Origin: a virus
Length of the DNA stretch: 64,000 nt
Reading direction: 5' to 3' (one strand)
Virus record (IMG/VR): IMGVR_UViG_3300045988_092720
Shown: positions 9,421-19,439 of the stretch, piece by piece
How positions within the stretch are numbered: the stretch's first letter is position 1
Layout of the letters: the number at the start of each line of letters is the position of its first letter
Notes under the pieces: generated by a model
Told to the model about the DNA's origin: nothing
Database searches by the model: none
The model's input: the letters and a program-made list of their open reading frames with translations, nothing else
Position numbers and translations under genes: made by a program

Positions 9421-10066
9421 CGTATAATTCCTCTTTAATGAAAAATAATCTAGGTAAATATGGTCTACTGATTACAACCATATCACTATTATCCTGATTG
9501 AAATATTTTTCAATCTTTTTAAGACCTTTAGGCTCTTTAGGAATTGCTTCTCCAAAGTCTACCTTATTAATCAACGCTTCAAATAAATCTTGGCGTAGCA
9601 TATAAGCGAAACCTGTGTAATAAATAGGACCATCTTCGGCTTTTTTATACAACCCATCAGTATTAACATCACGTTTACTTTCGATGGTGTATATTTTGTC
9701 GCCAATATCCCATTTTAAATCACCAGACATTCGTTTAGCAATTTCGCTATCACCATAACCCTTAATAGCATTTGTAAGTTTAAAAGCACCTGAAGCAGGT
9801 ACAGCGTGTACATTGAGGTGTTTTGACTCTAGGTATTTTAACAAATCATTCTCTGCTTTCCTACCATTACGTCTATTGGCTTTTCCTCTCTTACTTGCCG
9901 TAGTCTGCTTCTTTGCTTTCTTTGCTAACTTGCGTTCTAGCTTATCTTCCTCTTGTCGAGGTGATAAAATATTAGGGTTTTTAGGTTGATATAGGTTATA
10001 GTTATCACAGTACCAACAACTATCCTTTGGTATTTTGCAATTCGCCTTTACCTTGCATTTCGTCAA
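9392..10066 (-). CDS. Putative PD-(D/E)xK-family nuclease with an N-terminal Cys-rich, Zn-binding-like region. Possibly a resolvase or endonuclease.
   Basis: N-terminal CKVKANCKIPKDSCWYC. Central D...IESK arrangement (GDSEI...DKIYTIESKRD) resembles a D-(D/E)xK core. Confidence 0.35.
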   Translation of the reverse strand: MTKCKVKANCKIPKDSCWYCDNYNLYQPKNPNILSPRQEEDKLERKLAKKAKKQTTASKRGKANRRNGRKAENDLLKYLESKHLNVHAVPASGAFKLTNAIKGYGDSEIAKRMSGDLKWDIGDKIYTIESKRDVNTDGLYKKAEDGPIYYTGFAYMLRQDLFEALINKVDFGEAIPKEPKGLKKIEKYFNQDNSDMVVISRPYLPRLFFIKEELYDAIKREEIF

Positions 10067-10340
10067 TCATCAAACTCCCTAATACGCAATAAACAATAAT
10101 ATCATGTAATCGTTCTTGTGCATCTGGTAATTTCAACCCATTTTCAGCCAATGCTAAATCATGTTTACCTTTATAAACAAGTAGAGCATCAAACATAGAT
10201 TGGATACTACCATCACCATGAACTAAACCAGCCTTACGGAATGCTGACAAGATATCTTTACCATCGGAATATTGTTCACTTTTCTTTACGAATAGGTCGA
10301 TAATCGTATTGAGTTTATTGGTAAAATCTTTAGTCTGCAT
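10020..10340 (-). CDS. Hypothetical protein.
   Basis: 106-aa ORF. Confidence 0.4.
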   Translation of the reverse strand: MQTKDFTNKLNTIIDLFVKKSEQYSDGKDILSAFRKAGLVHGDGSIQSMFDALLVYKGKHDLALAENGLKLPDAQERLHDIIVYCVLGSLMIDEMQGKGELQNTKG

Positions 10341-10725
10341 TTAAACCCTCCGCAATACCTAACAATAATTCTTGTACTTCTGTTGGCAATTCATCAAAGT
10401 CTACATCCTTGCCATTTAAATCATAGCAACAACCGAATAAACCACTTTCTTGAATACAGTTATCTTCGAGTGGCTCTCCTGTAAATGCATCATAACCCAT
10501 TTCATTTGGGTCTTCATATACTGGCTCATCTTCAAAAGTAGCACTTGTTTTTTCAAGGTGGTCAATCATTACATCATAGAATACATCAACATCAACACCT
10601 AATTCATGTGCAACAATTTCAGAATAGATAGCAGTAATATCCTGAATGGATAAATTGCCAACCTTAACACCAACTGCACCATTTTCTTTTACTTCTGCTT
10701 TTAAAAATCCTTTTGTTTTAATCAT
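10330..10725 (-). CDS. Hypothetical acidic protein (start refined to MIKTKGF).
   Basis: AAGGAAGGG RBS. The longer track ORF (to 10842) would overlap the upstream gene by 125 nt. Confidence 0.45.
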   Translation of the reverse strand: MIKTKGFLKAEVKENGAVGVKVGNLSIQDITAIYSEIVAHELGVDVDVFYDVMIDHLEKTSATFEDEPVYEDPNEMGYDAFTGEPLEDNCIQESGLFGCCYDLNGKDVDFDELPTEVQELLLGIAEGLNAD

Positions 10726-11626
10726 GTAATTCCCTTCCTTTGTCGCAAAATTGCCAAACATTACAATAACTCTTGCATTTTCTTCCTCCCCAACATTCTC
10801 TATGTCTACAAGGTGGGGGCATTTCGTTGTTTTCCAACGCATATATTAAGTCCTGACTTTTCTTTCTCATATATCTTTCGACCCAAATATCTGAGATTTT
10901 ATTAATCGGGACTAAATAACTTGGTTCTGTAATACCACGGCTAGTAGCTATATGTGTATTACCATCACGTACAAGAATTTGACAACACATATTATTTACT
11001 GGTAATTTTAACTTACTTTCAATCTTCATACGGTAATCATTTAATTGTACAGCTAAATCAAATCTTAGGTGAACACCATCTTTGCGTAATACATTAACGG
11101 TTTTCTTTTGACCCTTTTTAGCACCAGATTTATAAATATAATCAGTTTCTACCTTTTCCATATAATACCCTAATGTATGGGCTGCTTTATAGCTACCATA
11201 TGTTTTAGTATCAACTAATGTGCCACCATTTTCAGGTGTATAATAATCGAATGCACCAGTGGAATAATCATCTTCGATACGTATTTCAGCCACTTCACCA
11301 TGAGCTGTGCCTACATGACTTTCTAAACCACCGTGTACTTCTGTACCAAACAACATGAATACAGAGTCTTTAGGTGAGATATGATACTTTTGTGTAAGTT
11401 CAAGGAAAACTTCACGTGTACCTTTGAGTAACTGTGTGGTAGATGGTTTACCTGTCCATTTACGTTGTTCTGAAATGGCACGTAATGTTTGTAGGCTCAT
11501 ACATCTACCAGCAGGTACCCAAAGTTCTCCATCATCATTATATTCACCACATAATCTGCATTTAGAAAGGCATTCGTCAATATAAATTAAGTTTCCATCT
11601 GGACATTTATAATTGATATATGGCAT
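10718..11626 (-). CDS. Putative Cas4/RecB-like exonuclease with a C-terminal Cys cluster.
   Basis: 302 aa. N-terminal Cys-rich segment. C-terminal PCRHRECWGGRKCKSYCNVWQFC resembles the Fe-S Cys cluster of Cas4/AddB-type PD-(D/E)xK nucleases. Confidence 0.4.
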   Translation of the reverse strand: MPYINYKCPDGNLIYIDECLSKCRLCGEYNDDGELWVPAGRCMSLQTLRAISEQRKWTGKPSTTQLLKGTREVFLELTQKYHISPKDSVFMLFGTEVHGGLESHVGTAHGEVAEIRIEDDYSTGAFDYYTPENGGTLVDTKTYGSYKAAHTLGYYMEKVETDYIYKSGAKKGQKKTVNVLRKDGVHLRFDLAVQLNDYRMKIESKLKLPVNNMCCQILVRDGNTHIATSRGITEPSYLVPINKISDIWVERYMRKKSQDLIYALENNEMPPPCRHRECWGGRKCKSYCNVWQFCDKGRELHD

Positions 11627-11900
11627 CTTTATCCTCTTTGTAAAAATATACTTTAATATCTTGAGGTCCTACATGACCAGTAACATAGCTATATTCAACA
11701 AGAATAATACGACCATCATTACATTCAAAAACTTTTGTAACGTACGAACACCAATCATCATTGTCATTGGTAATATATTGACCAACCTCTTTAGCGAAAC
11801 CAATAGGATAGTCAATAAACATAAGTGGGTCTTGCAAGGCACGTTTAAGTTCTTTAATATTTTCTTTTGTCATAGTTCTTTTAAATATATGTGTATGCAT
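11607..11900 (-). CDS. Hypothetical protein.
   Basis: 97-aa ORF. Confidence 0.4.
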   Translation of the reverse strand: MHTHIFKRTMTKENIKELKRALQDPLMFIDYPIGFAKEVGQYITNDNDDWCSYVTKVFECNDGRIILVEYSYVTGHVGPQDIKVYFYKEDKDAIYQL

Positions 11901-11920
11901 TTATCTTAAATCACCTTTAC

Positions 11921-12097
11921 TTAATATTCAAAATCAGGCGGACCAAATACAGGGCGACGATTAAAATCAATATAATGACGATTATTACGACGCATCCATT
12001 CTAATTGTGAGCCTGTCGGACCATAACACGGTTCGCCAAAACTTCTTTTATATACTTTCTCTTGATGTTCTTCTTGGATAGATTTTACATTGTCCAT
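11921..12097 (-). CDS. Small hypothetical protein (58 aa, MDNVKSIQEEHQEK...). Not in the ORF track.
   Basis: Read by hand from the sequence. A strong AAGGAGG RBS sits 7 nt upstream of the ATG, and the frame stays open. Confidence 0.4.
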   Translation of the reverse strand: MDNVKSIQEEHQEKVYKRSFGEPCYGPTGSQLEWMRRNNRHYIDFNRRPVFGPPDFEY

Positions 12098-12129
12098 AAT
12101 AGCCTCCTTATATTATATATAATAGCATA

Positions 12130-14109
12130 TTAATTATCAGCTGTCAATACTTCTTCTAATCGTGAAGTATGTATATTGTACTTTAATTCAAACATTGGTG
12201 GACCATTCATACCATCACGTGCTTTCTCTACTTTACATCGTGTAATATTGCGAAGCTCTTGCTGTTTTTCTAATGATAAATTAGGTGCCCTATCAGGTCT
12301 CCATATCATAAGAATATAATCAGCCGATGCCTCCAAATCACCAGTCATTCTTAATTGGTTCATTGTCGGCTCTTCGTATGTATTACCACTACGGTTAAGC
12401 TGTGATAACATGGTGAAAATTACGTTATATCGTTTAGCAATGCCTTTCATCATAAGAGCTTGTTGGCTTGCACCATCGTAATCACCTGCACCTTTTAAAT
12501 AGGTAAAGTAATCAACAACGATAACATCTACTCCGCCATCCATAATATTGCGTGTATTAATTGTATTAATATAACGCTCTATATCATGCATAGATAAATT
12601 GTTCTCATCTACAATATACAACTTTTTACCAATTTTTTCAAGTACTTGATTGACAACTGGGTCGTTGTTCATAATCAATTCTTTAACTTCTGATATACGT
12701 TTTTTAAGTATCTTGCACACAATACGTTCCATAATTTTGCCACGTGGCATTTCTAAACTAAAGAACACTACATTAGCTTTATTTTGAACTATCTGTCGCA
12801 AGATATACTCAATAGCTATATCACTTTTGCCTGACGAACTGTAAGCCCCTATCAATAAAACTTGCCCTTTAGATATACCACCAATACAATTATCTAGCAA
12901 CTGGAAATGAGTAGGGTATGTACCACGCTTATAAATATCACGCAATTGATTTAAGCTACTAGACGCATCGTGTAATGTTTCAACAATATCCTCTTCAGCA
13001 GATACCCCACTATCAAAATACGCCTTTAAATCAGATACGTCTCTATCCCAAATTTGACCAAGAGCTTTAATGGCTTCTGCTCTAATCATAGGAGACCGTA
13101 TTGTTTTAAGGAAAGCCTCAGCAACAACATACTGTTGTTCAATTGTCTTGTATTGTTTAATTACTTGTTTGATTGTAAAAATATCAATATGTTCCGTAGG
13201 TAAATCTTGTAAATTATATCCTGCACATAACAAGTCATTAATATCTTTACATTCTTCTGGCATAATTAGAACACGTACATTCACGCGAGGTAGCATTGCT
13301 TGGAAATGGTCTCTTGTACGTGGTAAATGCTTAACACCAGCTTCGTCATTATCAGGACAAATTACTATCGTAATTTCTTTACGCATGAAATTACCTAATT
13401 TCTTAATCTGGTCTTTATGTAATTCACTACCACAATAAGCTACCGTTGGAACACCCATTTGATGACCACTAATAGCATCCATATATCCCTCACATAAGTA
13501 AAGAGTATCTTTAATATGTTTCCTAGCTAAATCTAAATTAAATAAAAACGCTGATTTCTTATATAAGATACTATTGGGAGTATTCTTATATTTAGGCTTT
13601 TTATTGAATTGTCTGATTGCCAAGCTCACATGTTGTCCATGCTCATTTCTTAAAGGAATTGTTAGACAATCATTATGGAACCCCAATTTAAAATCGTTGA
13701 TTGTATCATCTGATAGCCCACGCTTATGTAAATACTCTGTAATCTGTTTGACATTCTTGTGGTACATTTCTGCTTCTCTAGTAAATCTCATTTCTTCACT
13801 AGCTTCTAATTGGTATTCCTTGTTGTCTTTCAGACTAATATTACATTCATTTGCCAGTATTTCAGTAGCTGCACGATAACTAATCTTTTCTTTATCAGAT
13901 AGAAAATTAATTACACTACCGCCACACTCACAACTAAAGCAATAGAATGAATTAGTATCAGGGAAAACCACTAATGTTTCTGATGTATCATCACTTTCAT
14001 GTAATGGACACTTCCCTTTCCAATATCGACCGCTTTGATGTAAATTAGTATATTTGCCGATAAAGTCTATAATATCTACTTGTTGCATTATAGTTTCGGT
14101 TATATTCAT
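12130..14109 (-). CDS. DNA primase / replicative helicase fusion (DnaG-like Zn-finger plus TOPRIM, and a DnaB/RecA-like P-loop ATPase).
   Basis: CHC2 Zn finger CPLHESDDTSE...CFSCECGG. TOPRIM LCEGYMDAISG. Walker A GAYSSSGKSD. Walker B IVVDYFTYL. Confidence 0.85.
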   Translation of the reverse strand: MNITETIMQQVDIIDFIGKYTNLHQSGRYWKGKCPLHESDDTSETLVVFPDTNSFYCFSCECGGSVINFLSDKEKISYRAATEILANECNISLKDNKEYQLEASEEMRFTREAEMYHKNVKQITEYLHKRGLSDDTINDFKLGFHNDCLTIPLRNEHGQHVSLAIRQFNKKPKYKNTPNSILYKKSAFLFNLDLARKHIKDTLYLCEGYMDAISGHQMGVPTVAYCGSELHKDQIKKLGNFMRKEITIVICPDNDEAGVKHLPRTRDHFQAMLPRVNVRVLIMPEECKDINDLLCAGYNLQDLPTEHIDIFTIKQVIKQYKTIEQQYVVAEAFLKTIRSPMIRAEAIKALGQIWDRDVSDLKAYFDSGVSAEEDIVETLHDASSSLNQLRDIYKRGTYPTHFQLLDNCIGGISKGQVLLIGAYSSSGKSDIAIEYILRQIVQNKANVVFFSLEMPRGKIMERIVCKILKKRISEVKELIMNNDPVVNQVLEKIGKKLYIVDENNLSMHDIERYINTINTRNIMDGGVDVIVVDYFTYLKGAGDYDGASQQALMMKGIAKRYNVIFTMLSQLNRSGNTYEEPTMNQLRMTGDLEASADYILMIWRPDRAPNLSLEKQQELRNITRCKVEKARDGMNGPPMFELKYNIHTSRLEEVLTADN

Positions 14110-14116
14110 ATATACC

Positions 14117-14449
14117 TCATAAGTTTAAAACATCATCCAAGCTATAACTTTCTACTTTTTCTATCTTAACATTACGCATTTCTTTTTCATTGTGTTTCTT
14201 TATACGATAAAGCCTATATTGTTCTGCATCATGATACATTTCAGTTAATGTCATAATTTGTTTTTCAGGCTTATCTTGTAAATATTTTAATACCTTTTCT
14301 AGCGTATTTTCATCTTGCTTATAGAAATGTGCTCGGATTTTAAAATAGGAGGGGTTAAAACCCCTCTTTAGAAATACAGGTTCGTCAGTACATTTTTGCA
14401 TGAATAATCGTGTTATTGCATCAAAAATGTTAAACTTTTTGGTACTCAT
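14117..14449 (-). CDS. Hypothetical protein.
   Basis: 110-aa ORF. Confidence 0.45.
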   Translation of the reverse strand: MSTKKFNIFDAITRLFMQKCTDEPVFLKRGFNPSYFKIRAHFYKQDENTLEKVLKYLQDKPEKQIMTLTEMYHDAEQYRLYRIKKHNEKEMRNVKIEKVESYSLDDVLNL

Positions 14450-14721
14450 TTTATCACCGCATAAGATGCTCCATGCGTTCCCCTAATATCAATACGCTCA
14501 ATATATCCTAGGTCAGAAAGAATTTTAACGCCTCGCCAAGCAGTCATACGACCAAAACCAATACCCTCTGCAATTTCTGGCATGGTTAATTTGATGAATT
14601 TTTTGCCAGCTAAATCGTATCCATCTTCTTCTGCACGTCGTTTAATATACCCATGAACCAATGCTACTGTGATATTAAGCTCATGTAATATTTTTAAATC
14701 AACAACAACACTATCAATCAT
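14446..14721 (-). CDS. Winged-helix DNA-binding protein (possible replication organiser or regulator).
   Basis: 91 aa with a wHTH-like segment LTMPEIAEGIGFGRMTAWRGVKILSDLGYIER. Confidence 0.45.
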   Translation of the reverse strand: MIDSVVVDLKILHELNITVALVHGYIKRRAEEDGYDLAGKKFIKLTMPEIAEGIGFGRMTAWRGVKILSDLGYIERIDIRGTHGASYAVIK

Positions 14722-15409
14722 TTAGTTCACCTAACCTTTTTTGACTATGTTTTTTAGTTTCTTCATCAAAGCTAGATTGTTCAACAACCCAACGCAAATA
14801 ATTTACATCGCTAATTTCAGAAATTGCTTTATTCGCATATTTACCTTTTGTAAATCGTGGAGTATCATCTTGTTGTGGTTCTTCGTTTGAACTGAAAATA
14901 GGATTGTCGTCGCTTTGTACTTGTGCGTGAACTTGTTGGTGACCTTTAGGTAAAGCCCACAAAGGCAAACGAGGAGGCTCAAATTTATTATAAGGTCCAA
15001 GATTAACCCAACTTTCAGTTAAATTATATAAATAACGACCAATGCCAAACTGAACTGCCGCACGCTTCATACTATCAGACAAACCACCTTTAATTGGTTC
15101 AATATTAGTACAGCTCGCACCGTCTTCACGTGCTAAACAACGAGGACCATCTTCGGTATCAATAATAATATTTAATTCACAAATATAACCATTATCGCCA
15201 CCACGAGATGTTTCTCTATATCTGTTAAACCATTTATCTGGTCCAACTACATCATCTAGGCGGTCCATAATCGCACGGTTAGTTACATATGGTAATACCA
15301 TAGCTTTTTTACCGTCTTTTGATTTTTGACAAATTCGCCACTGAATATCCTCTGGTGGAAATGGTTCTTTTAACGCATCAAATATTTCTTTCATTGTTTT
15401 CTTTGCCAT
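14714..15409 (-). CDS. Rad52/Sak-like single-strand annealing protein.
   Basis: Rad52-family signature ...GLSDSMKRAAVQFGIGRYLY, plus an upstream LDDVVGPDKWFNRY block. Confidence 0.55.
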   Translation of the reverse strand: MAKKTMKEIFDALKEPFPPEDIQWRICQKSKDGKKAMVLPYVTNRAIMDRLDDVVGPDKWFNRYRETSRGGDNGYICELNIIIDTEDGPRCLAREDGASCTNIEPIKGGLSDSMKRAAVQFGIGRYLYNLTESWVNLGPYNKFEPPRLPLWALPKGHQQVHAQVQSDDNPIFSSNEEPQQDDTPRFTKGKYANKAISEISDVNYLRWVVEQSSFDEETKKHSQKRLGELND

Positions 15410-15426
15410 AATCTTTTTCCTTTCAT

Positions 15427-15460
15427 AAAATAAAATAAGATGTAGGGGAGGCTTGCTCCC
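15427..15460 (-). terminator. Intrinsic terminator after the polymerase gene.
   Basis: Hairpin GGGGAG-gcttg-CTCCCC at 15444-15460, followed on the minus strand by a U-rich tract (15427-15443). Confidence 0.55.
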
Positions 15461-15492
15461 CTCGTGGACAACCTCAGTCTACCACCCCCTGC

Positions 15493-18411
15493 TCAGGCTG
15501 TCAAGCGGTCGAGCTGACAAGCGTCGGTGATGACCCCTTTGCTAATTCGTAGTGCGTGTACCGTTCCCTTAGTCAGCTTAGTAAAATCAACATCAAAGGT
15601 TACTAACTTTTCCACGCCTGAATTCGTCTGTGCGGTAATAAAAGCATAAGGTTTACCGTGTTTAGTTTTACGTGCAGTTACAGAAAGTATGATAGCAGGC
15701 ACAACATTACCCACACATATACTTGTATCGTATTCATCAAAAATACTATTGAATGTGTATCCTAATGCTTTTAACTCCATAGCACCTTTGCTCAGATTAT
15801 CTTTAGAATTAGCATCAAATTTATATTCACCTTTAGATTTACGTTTATCCTTTAGCCATTGTACATATTGAATATAGTCATTCCTATCATCGCCATCGTC
15901 AATTGCACCACTATAAATTAAACCTTTTAATTGAGTTAAATTCATAGATGCATTCTTTTCTAAGAATTCTTTACCACGTGCACATTCATATGATTTAAGA
16001 TTGCTACATCCTGCAATTGCTCCAAGACCTAAACATACTGTATTCTTAGCAGTAGTACAGTGCTTATCTCCATATATATCAGGAGGTATAACTTTAATAT
16101 TATTCTGTTTAGCATTATCTATAAATACTGATAGTTTTTCTTTGTCTCCAAAGTTGTTATCAAATATAGATGCATAAAATAACTCTGGATAATGTGCTTT
16201 TAAATATGCACATCGCCAAGCAGTTAAACCATATGCGGCACTATGCCCTCTGTTAAATACATAGGAACCACAAGCAATCATTTGGTCAGCAATAGGTCTT
16301 ACCACATCTTCTGTATATCCATGTTCACTAGCACGCTTAACAAATTCGTCTACGGCTTGATTAATTTTATCTAACTCTTTACGACCGATAATGCGTCTCA
16401 TAATATCAGCTTCACCCATTGAATAGCCAGCTAATGTACGTACAATCTGCATAATTTGTTCTTGATATAAAATAACACCCTCAGTATCTTTTAAAATCGG
16501 TTCTAATACAGGGTGTAAATATGTTACAGGCTCTTTGCCTTGTCTTCGTGCTATAAATACCTTGTCCATACCAACATCTAATACGCCAGGTCTTCCTATA
16601 GCTACAGTATCAACTAAATCATATACGCTCTTAGAATGGATACTCTTAACAATATTTGTCATTACGTCTGACTCAATTTGGAAAATACCAATGGTATTGC
16701 CACTCTGTAACAATTCTGCTGTCACTTTATCTTCTAACGGTATACTATGTATATCAAAATCACCAATACGATTAACTGTATTTTCAATAATATCTAATGT
16801 AGCTAAACCTAGAATATCTAATTTAAGGATACCTTGCTTTTCTAAAATATGGAAATCTTCAGCCGCTACATACTGACCGTCTTGATACTCTATTGCACAC
16901 CATTGAGCAGGGTCGCTAGGGAATACTGCAACTGCACTAGCATGAGTACTATAGTTTTCTAAGCGATTTAACATACTTTCTGCCATTTTCTTTAACTTAG
17001 CATCTTTAACTTCACTAATATCGTTGATGTTTTTAGATACTTTAGTTACATCAGATGGTTTCATATTTAATGCCCTACCAGCTTTTTGTACTGCTGCTTT
17101 GTCAGATAAGAAGCCAAATGTTCTTACTGGATACGCATGGGTGTACTTTTCTTGAATATATTGAATAACTTCTTGTCTACGAGACTGTTGAAAATCACAA
17201 TCTATATCACAAGGGGTTACACGTTCTGGGTTTGTAAATCGTTCAAATACGAGATTGTATTGTAATGGGTCAATTTCTGTAATACCCATTAAATAAGCGA
17301 CTAAACTACCACAAACAGAACCACGACCTGCACCAGTAAGCATTCCTTTAGACTTAGCCCATTGTAACATATCATGAATGATACAAAAATAGTTATTATA
17401 ATCAACTTGAGTTAATACTTCAAGTTCATGTTTAACTTGTTTTGCATATTCATCTTTGTTAGGTTTTTTAGCAATACCTAGCTTTTTATATCCATCCCTA
17501 CAATGGTCTAATACATATTTTGCAGGGTCTTTTACTGGGAATACAGGATAATGATTTTGACCAAATTCAATTTCTACATTACACTTATCAATAATATTAC
17601 TAACATTATCATAGTATTTTTGTTCTGGATAAATAGCCTTAAATTCATCTACAGTCCACATATGATAATCTCTACTACCATAATATGTTGACATATGATT
17701 ATATTGCTCTTGATATTTTTGTTCTTCTTTATCGGAACTAGAATTATCTATCCTATATTGTATTTCTGCTAAATCTGCATCTAATAATAAGAAATCTCTA
17801 TGCGATTGCATTTGTTCGGGATACGCATAATGACTATCACCTGTAATAATAATAGGTACATTATATTTATCGCCAAGCTCCATAACTACTTTATTGTATT
17901 CCCATTGCAAAGGAAAATCATGAGGTTGTATTTCTAAATAAAAATCATCACCAAATGTATCTAACATACGTTGTATAAATTCGTCTCTAAGTAATTCATT
18001 TGATAATGGACCAGCAACACAAGCAGTACTAACAATAATATCTTCATGGTATTCTCTTAATGCTTTATAATCAATTAATGGTTTATAATAGTGATGGTAT
18101 GCACCATATGTAGATAGCCTACGTAAGTTGTATAAACCTTCTGTTGATTTTGCTAACAATACCAAGTGATAACTTTCTCTAGTTTTTACATCTAAATCAT
18201 ATGAAAAATAGGCTTCCATACCAAGTATTGGTTTAATACCTGCATTTTGACAAGCAATATAATGTGATGTTAAACCAGATGTAGTACCGTGGTCTGTTAA
18301 CGATACGGCTGAATATCCTATTTCTTTAGCACGTTGTATACGCTCTTCTAAAGATGAATAAGCATCACGCCTACTATAAAAACTATGGCTATGTAAATCT
18401 GTAAAATTCAT
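15493..18411 (-). CDS. DNA polymerase III alpha-like replicative polymerase with N-terminal PHP domain.
   Basis: 972 aa. PHP motif LHSHSFYS...SLTDHGTTSG. Polymerase core of the DnaE/PolC family. Confidence 0.85.
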   Translation of the reverse strand: MNFTDLHSHSFYSRRDAYSSLEERIQRAKEIGYSAVSLTDHGTTSGLTSHYIACQNAGIKPILGMEAYFSYDLDVKTRESYHLVLLAKSTEGLYNLRRLSTYGAYHHYYKPLIDYKALREYHEDIIVSTACVAGPLSNELLRDEFIQRMLDTFGDDFYLEIQPHDFPLQWEYNKVVMELGDKYNVPIIITGDSHYAYPEQMQSHRDFLLLDADLAEIQYRIDNSSSDKEEQKYQEQYNHMSTYYGSRDYHMWTVDEFKAIYPEQKYYDNVSNIIDKCNVEIEFGQNHYPVFPVKDPAKYVLDHCRDGYKKLGIAKKPNKDEYAKQVKHELEVLTQVDYNNYFCIIHDMLQWAKSKGMLTGAGRGSVCGSLVAYLMGITEIDPLQYNLVFERFTNPERVTPCDIDCDFQQSRRQEVIQYIQEKYTHAYPVRTFGFLSDKAAVQKAGRALNMKPSDVTKVSKNINDISEVKDAKLKKMAESMLNRLENYSTHASAVAVFPSDPAQWCAIEYQDGQYVAAEDFHILEKQGILKLDILGLATLDIIENTVNRIGDFDIHSIPLEDKVTAELLQSGNTIGIFQIESDVMTNIVKSIHSKSVYDLVDTVAIGRPGVLDVGMDKVFIARRQGKEPVTYLHPVLEPILKDTEGVILYQEQIMQIVRTLAGYSMGEADIMRRIIGRKELDKINQAVDEFVKRASEHGYTEDVVRPIADQMIACGSYVFNRGHSAAYGLTAWRCAYLKAHYPELFYASIFDNNFGDKEKLSVFIDNAKQNNIKVIPPDIYGDKHCTTAKNTVCLGLGAIAGCSNLKSYECARGKEFLEKNASMNLTQLKGLIYSGAIDDGDDRNDYIQYVQWLKDKRKSKGEYKFDANSKDNLSKGAMELKALGYTFNSIFDEYDTSICVGNVVPAIILSVTARKTKHGKPYAFITAQTNSGVEKLVTFDVDFTKLTKGTVHALRISKGVITDACQLDRLTA

Positions 18412-18977
18412 ATTTTTACCTCATATCTTTTTGATTGACAATATTTATCAATTAATTGAGAAATAATATGGTCGTTCATTTTTTGCCTACTTTCATTTAA
18501 TACATTTTTGATTATCAAAGCTCTATATTTTGGTATTACACTACCAACTTTATATGTTTCAGTAATTGTAGTTGGTTGTACTATATTAAATGAACTATAA
18601 AAATCAATTTGTTCTGTTGAGCTGTTGCTTGTTAGTACCATAGGTATTCTTTGTTCATAACAAGAAAAACCATCTAATAATTCATGAATTTTCATTCTTA
18701 CAACAATTAAATCGTTACCTGCATTTTCGTATTGTATATTAACTAATTCGATACCAGCTCTTGATATAAATCCATCCGCTGACAATTCATGAACAAGTAA
18801 TTGATTTAATGGCACTTGATTAAGAGGAGTTTCAATAATTAAATAGTCTTTGTTCCACGTGTTTATATAATATGCATTATCATTATTACTTACTGCACTA
18901 GCAAATGACGATAGAGTTACTTTTAATATATCCTCATCATATGTATTTATTGGTTCAAATATTCTATATCTACTCAT
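18408..18977 (-). CDS. Hypothetical protein.
   Basis: 189-aa ORF coupled to the polymerase gene. Confidence 0.45.
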   Translation of the reverse strand: MSRYRIFEPINTYDEDILKVTLSSFASAVSNNDNAYYINTWNKDYLIIETPLNQVPLNQLLVHELSADGFISRAGIELVNIQYENAGNDLIVVRMKIHELLDGFSCYEQRIPMVLTSNSSTEQIDFYSSFNIVQPTTITETYKVGSVIPKYRALIIKNVLNESRQKMNDHIISQLIDKYCQSKRYEVKI

Positions 18978-18986
18978 ATTATCTCC

Positions 18987-19178
18987 TTATAAATCTGCGT
19001 AATCATCTTCCATATATGCTAATATTAAACTTAATTCTTCATTAGATATAGTTTCTAAACTATCACCAGTTTTACAATCATCAATATAATATGCTAACCA
19101 ACTCTGATTACCTAAACTATGATGATAACTTTCAATTAATTTAATTTGATTTTCTCGCAATATATCTTGTGTTTGCAT
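18987..19178 (-). CDS. Hypothetical acidic protein.
   Basis: 63-aa ORF. Confidence 0.4.
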   Translation of the reverse strand: MQTQDILRENQIKLIESYHHSLGNQSWLAYYIDDCKTGDSLETISNEELSLILAYMEDDYADL

Positions 19179-19196
19179 TATTTATCCTTACTTTCA

Positions 19197-19361
19197 TTAT
19201 AATACCTTCTCTAAATATTCAATATCTCTCATCCAATTGTCACGTTCAGCACACAGTCGTTTATTTGTTTCTTTCAGTTGTTTAATTAACTTTTCATTTT
19301 GCTTAATTAAAGCATTAGTAATTGCAATATTTTCTCTAGTTTTTTCTTTTGTTTGATACAT
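19197..19361 (-). CDS. Small coiled-coil protein (54 aa, MYQTKEKTRENIAIT...). Not in the ORF track.
   Basis: Read by hand. GGAGGT RBS. Lies immediately downstream of a consensus promoter. Confidence 0.4.
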   Translation of the reverse strand: MYQTKEKTRENIAITNALIKQNEKLIKQLKETNKRLCAERDNWMRDIEYLEKVL

Positions 19362-19382
19362 TTTTCTACCTCCATTTACTGC

Positions 19383-19411
19383 ATTATATCATACCTAAAT
19401 AAATTTGTCAA
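19383..19411 (-). promoter_or_regulatory. Consensus sigma-A/sigma-70 promoter: TTGACA, 17-nt spacer, TATAAT.
   Basis: On the minus strand: TTGACAaatttatttaggtatgaTATAATgc, about 20 nt before the ATG of the small ORF. Confidence 0.6.
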
Positions 19412-19437
19412 ATAAAAAAGGACCCCATAAAGGGGTC
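19412..19437 (-). terminator. Intrinsic terminator closing the leftward early unit.
   Basis: Hairpin GACCCC-auaaa-GGGGUC followed by U8 on the minus strand. Confidence 0.7.
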
Positions 19438-19439
19438 TA

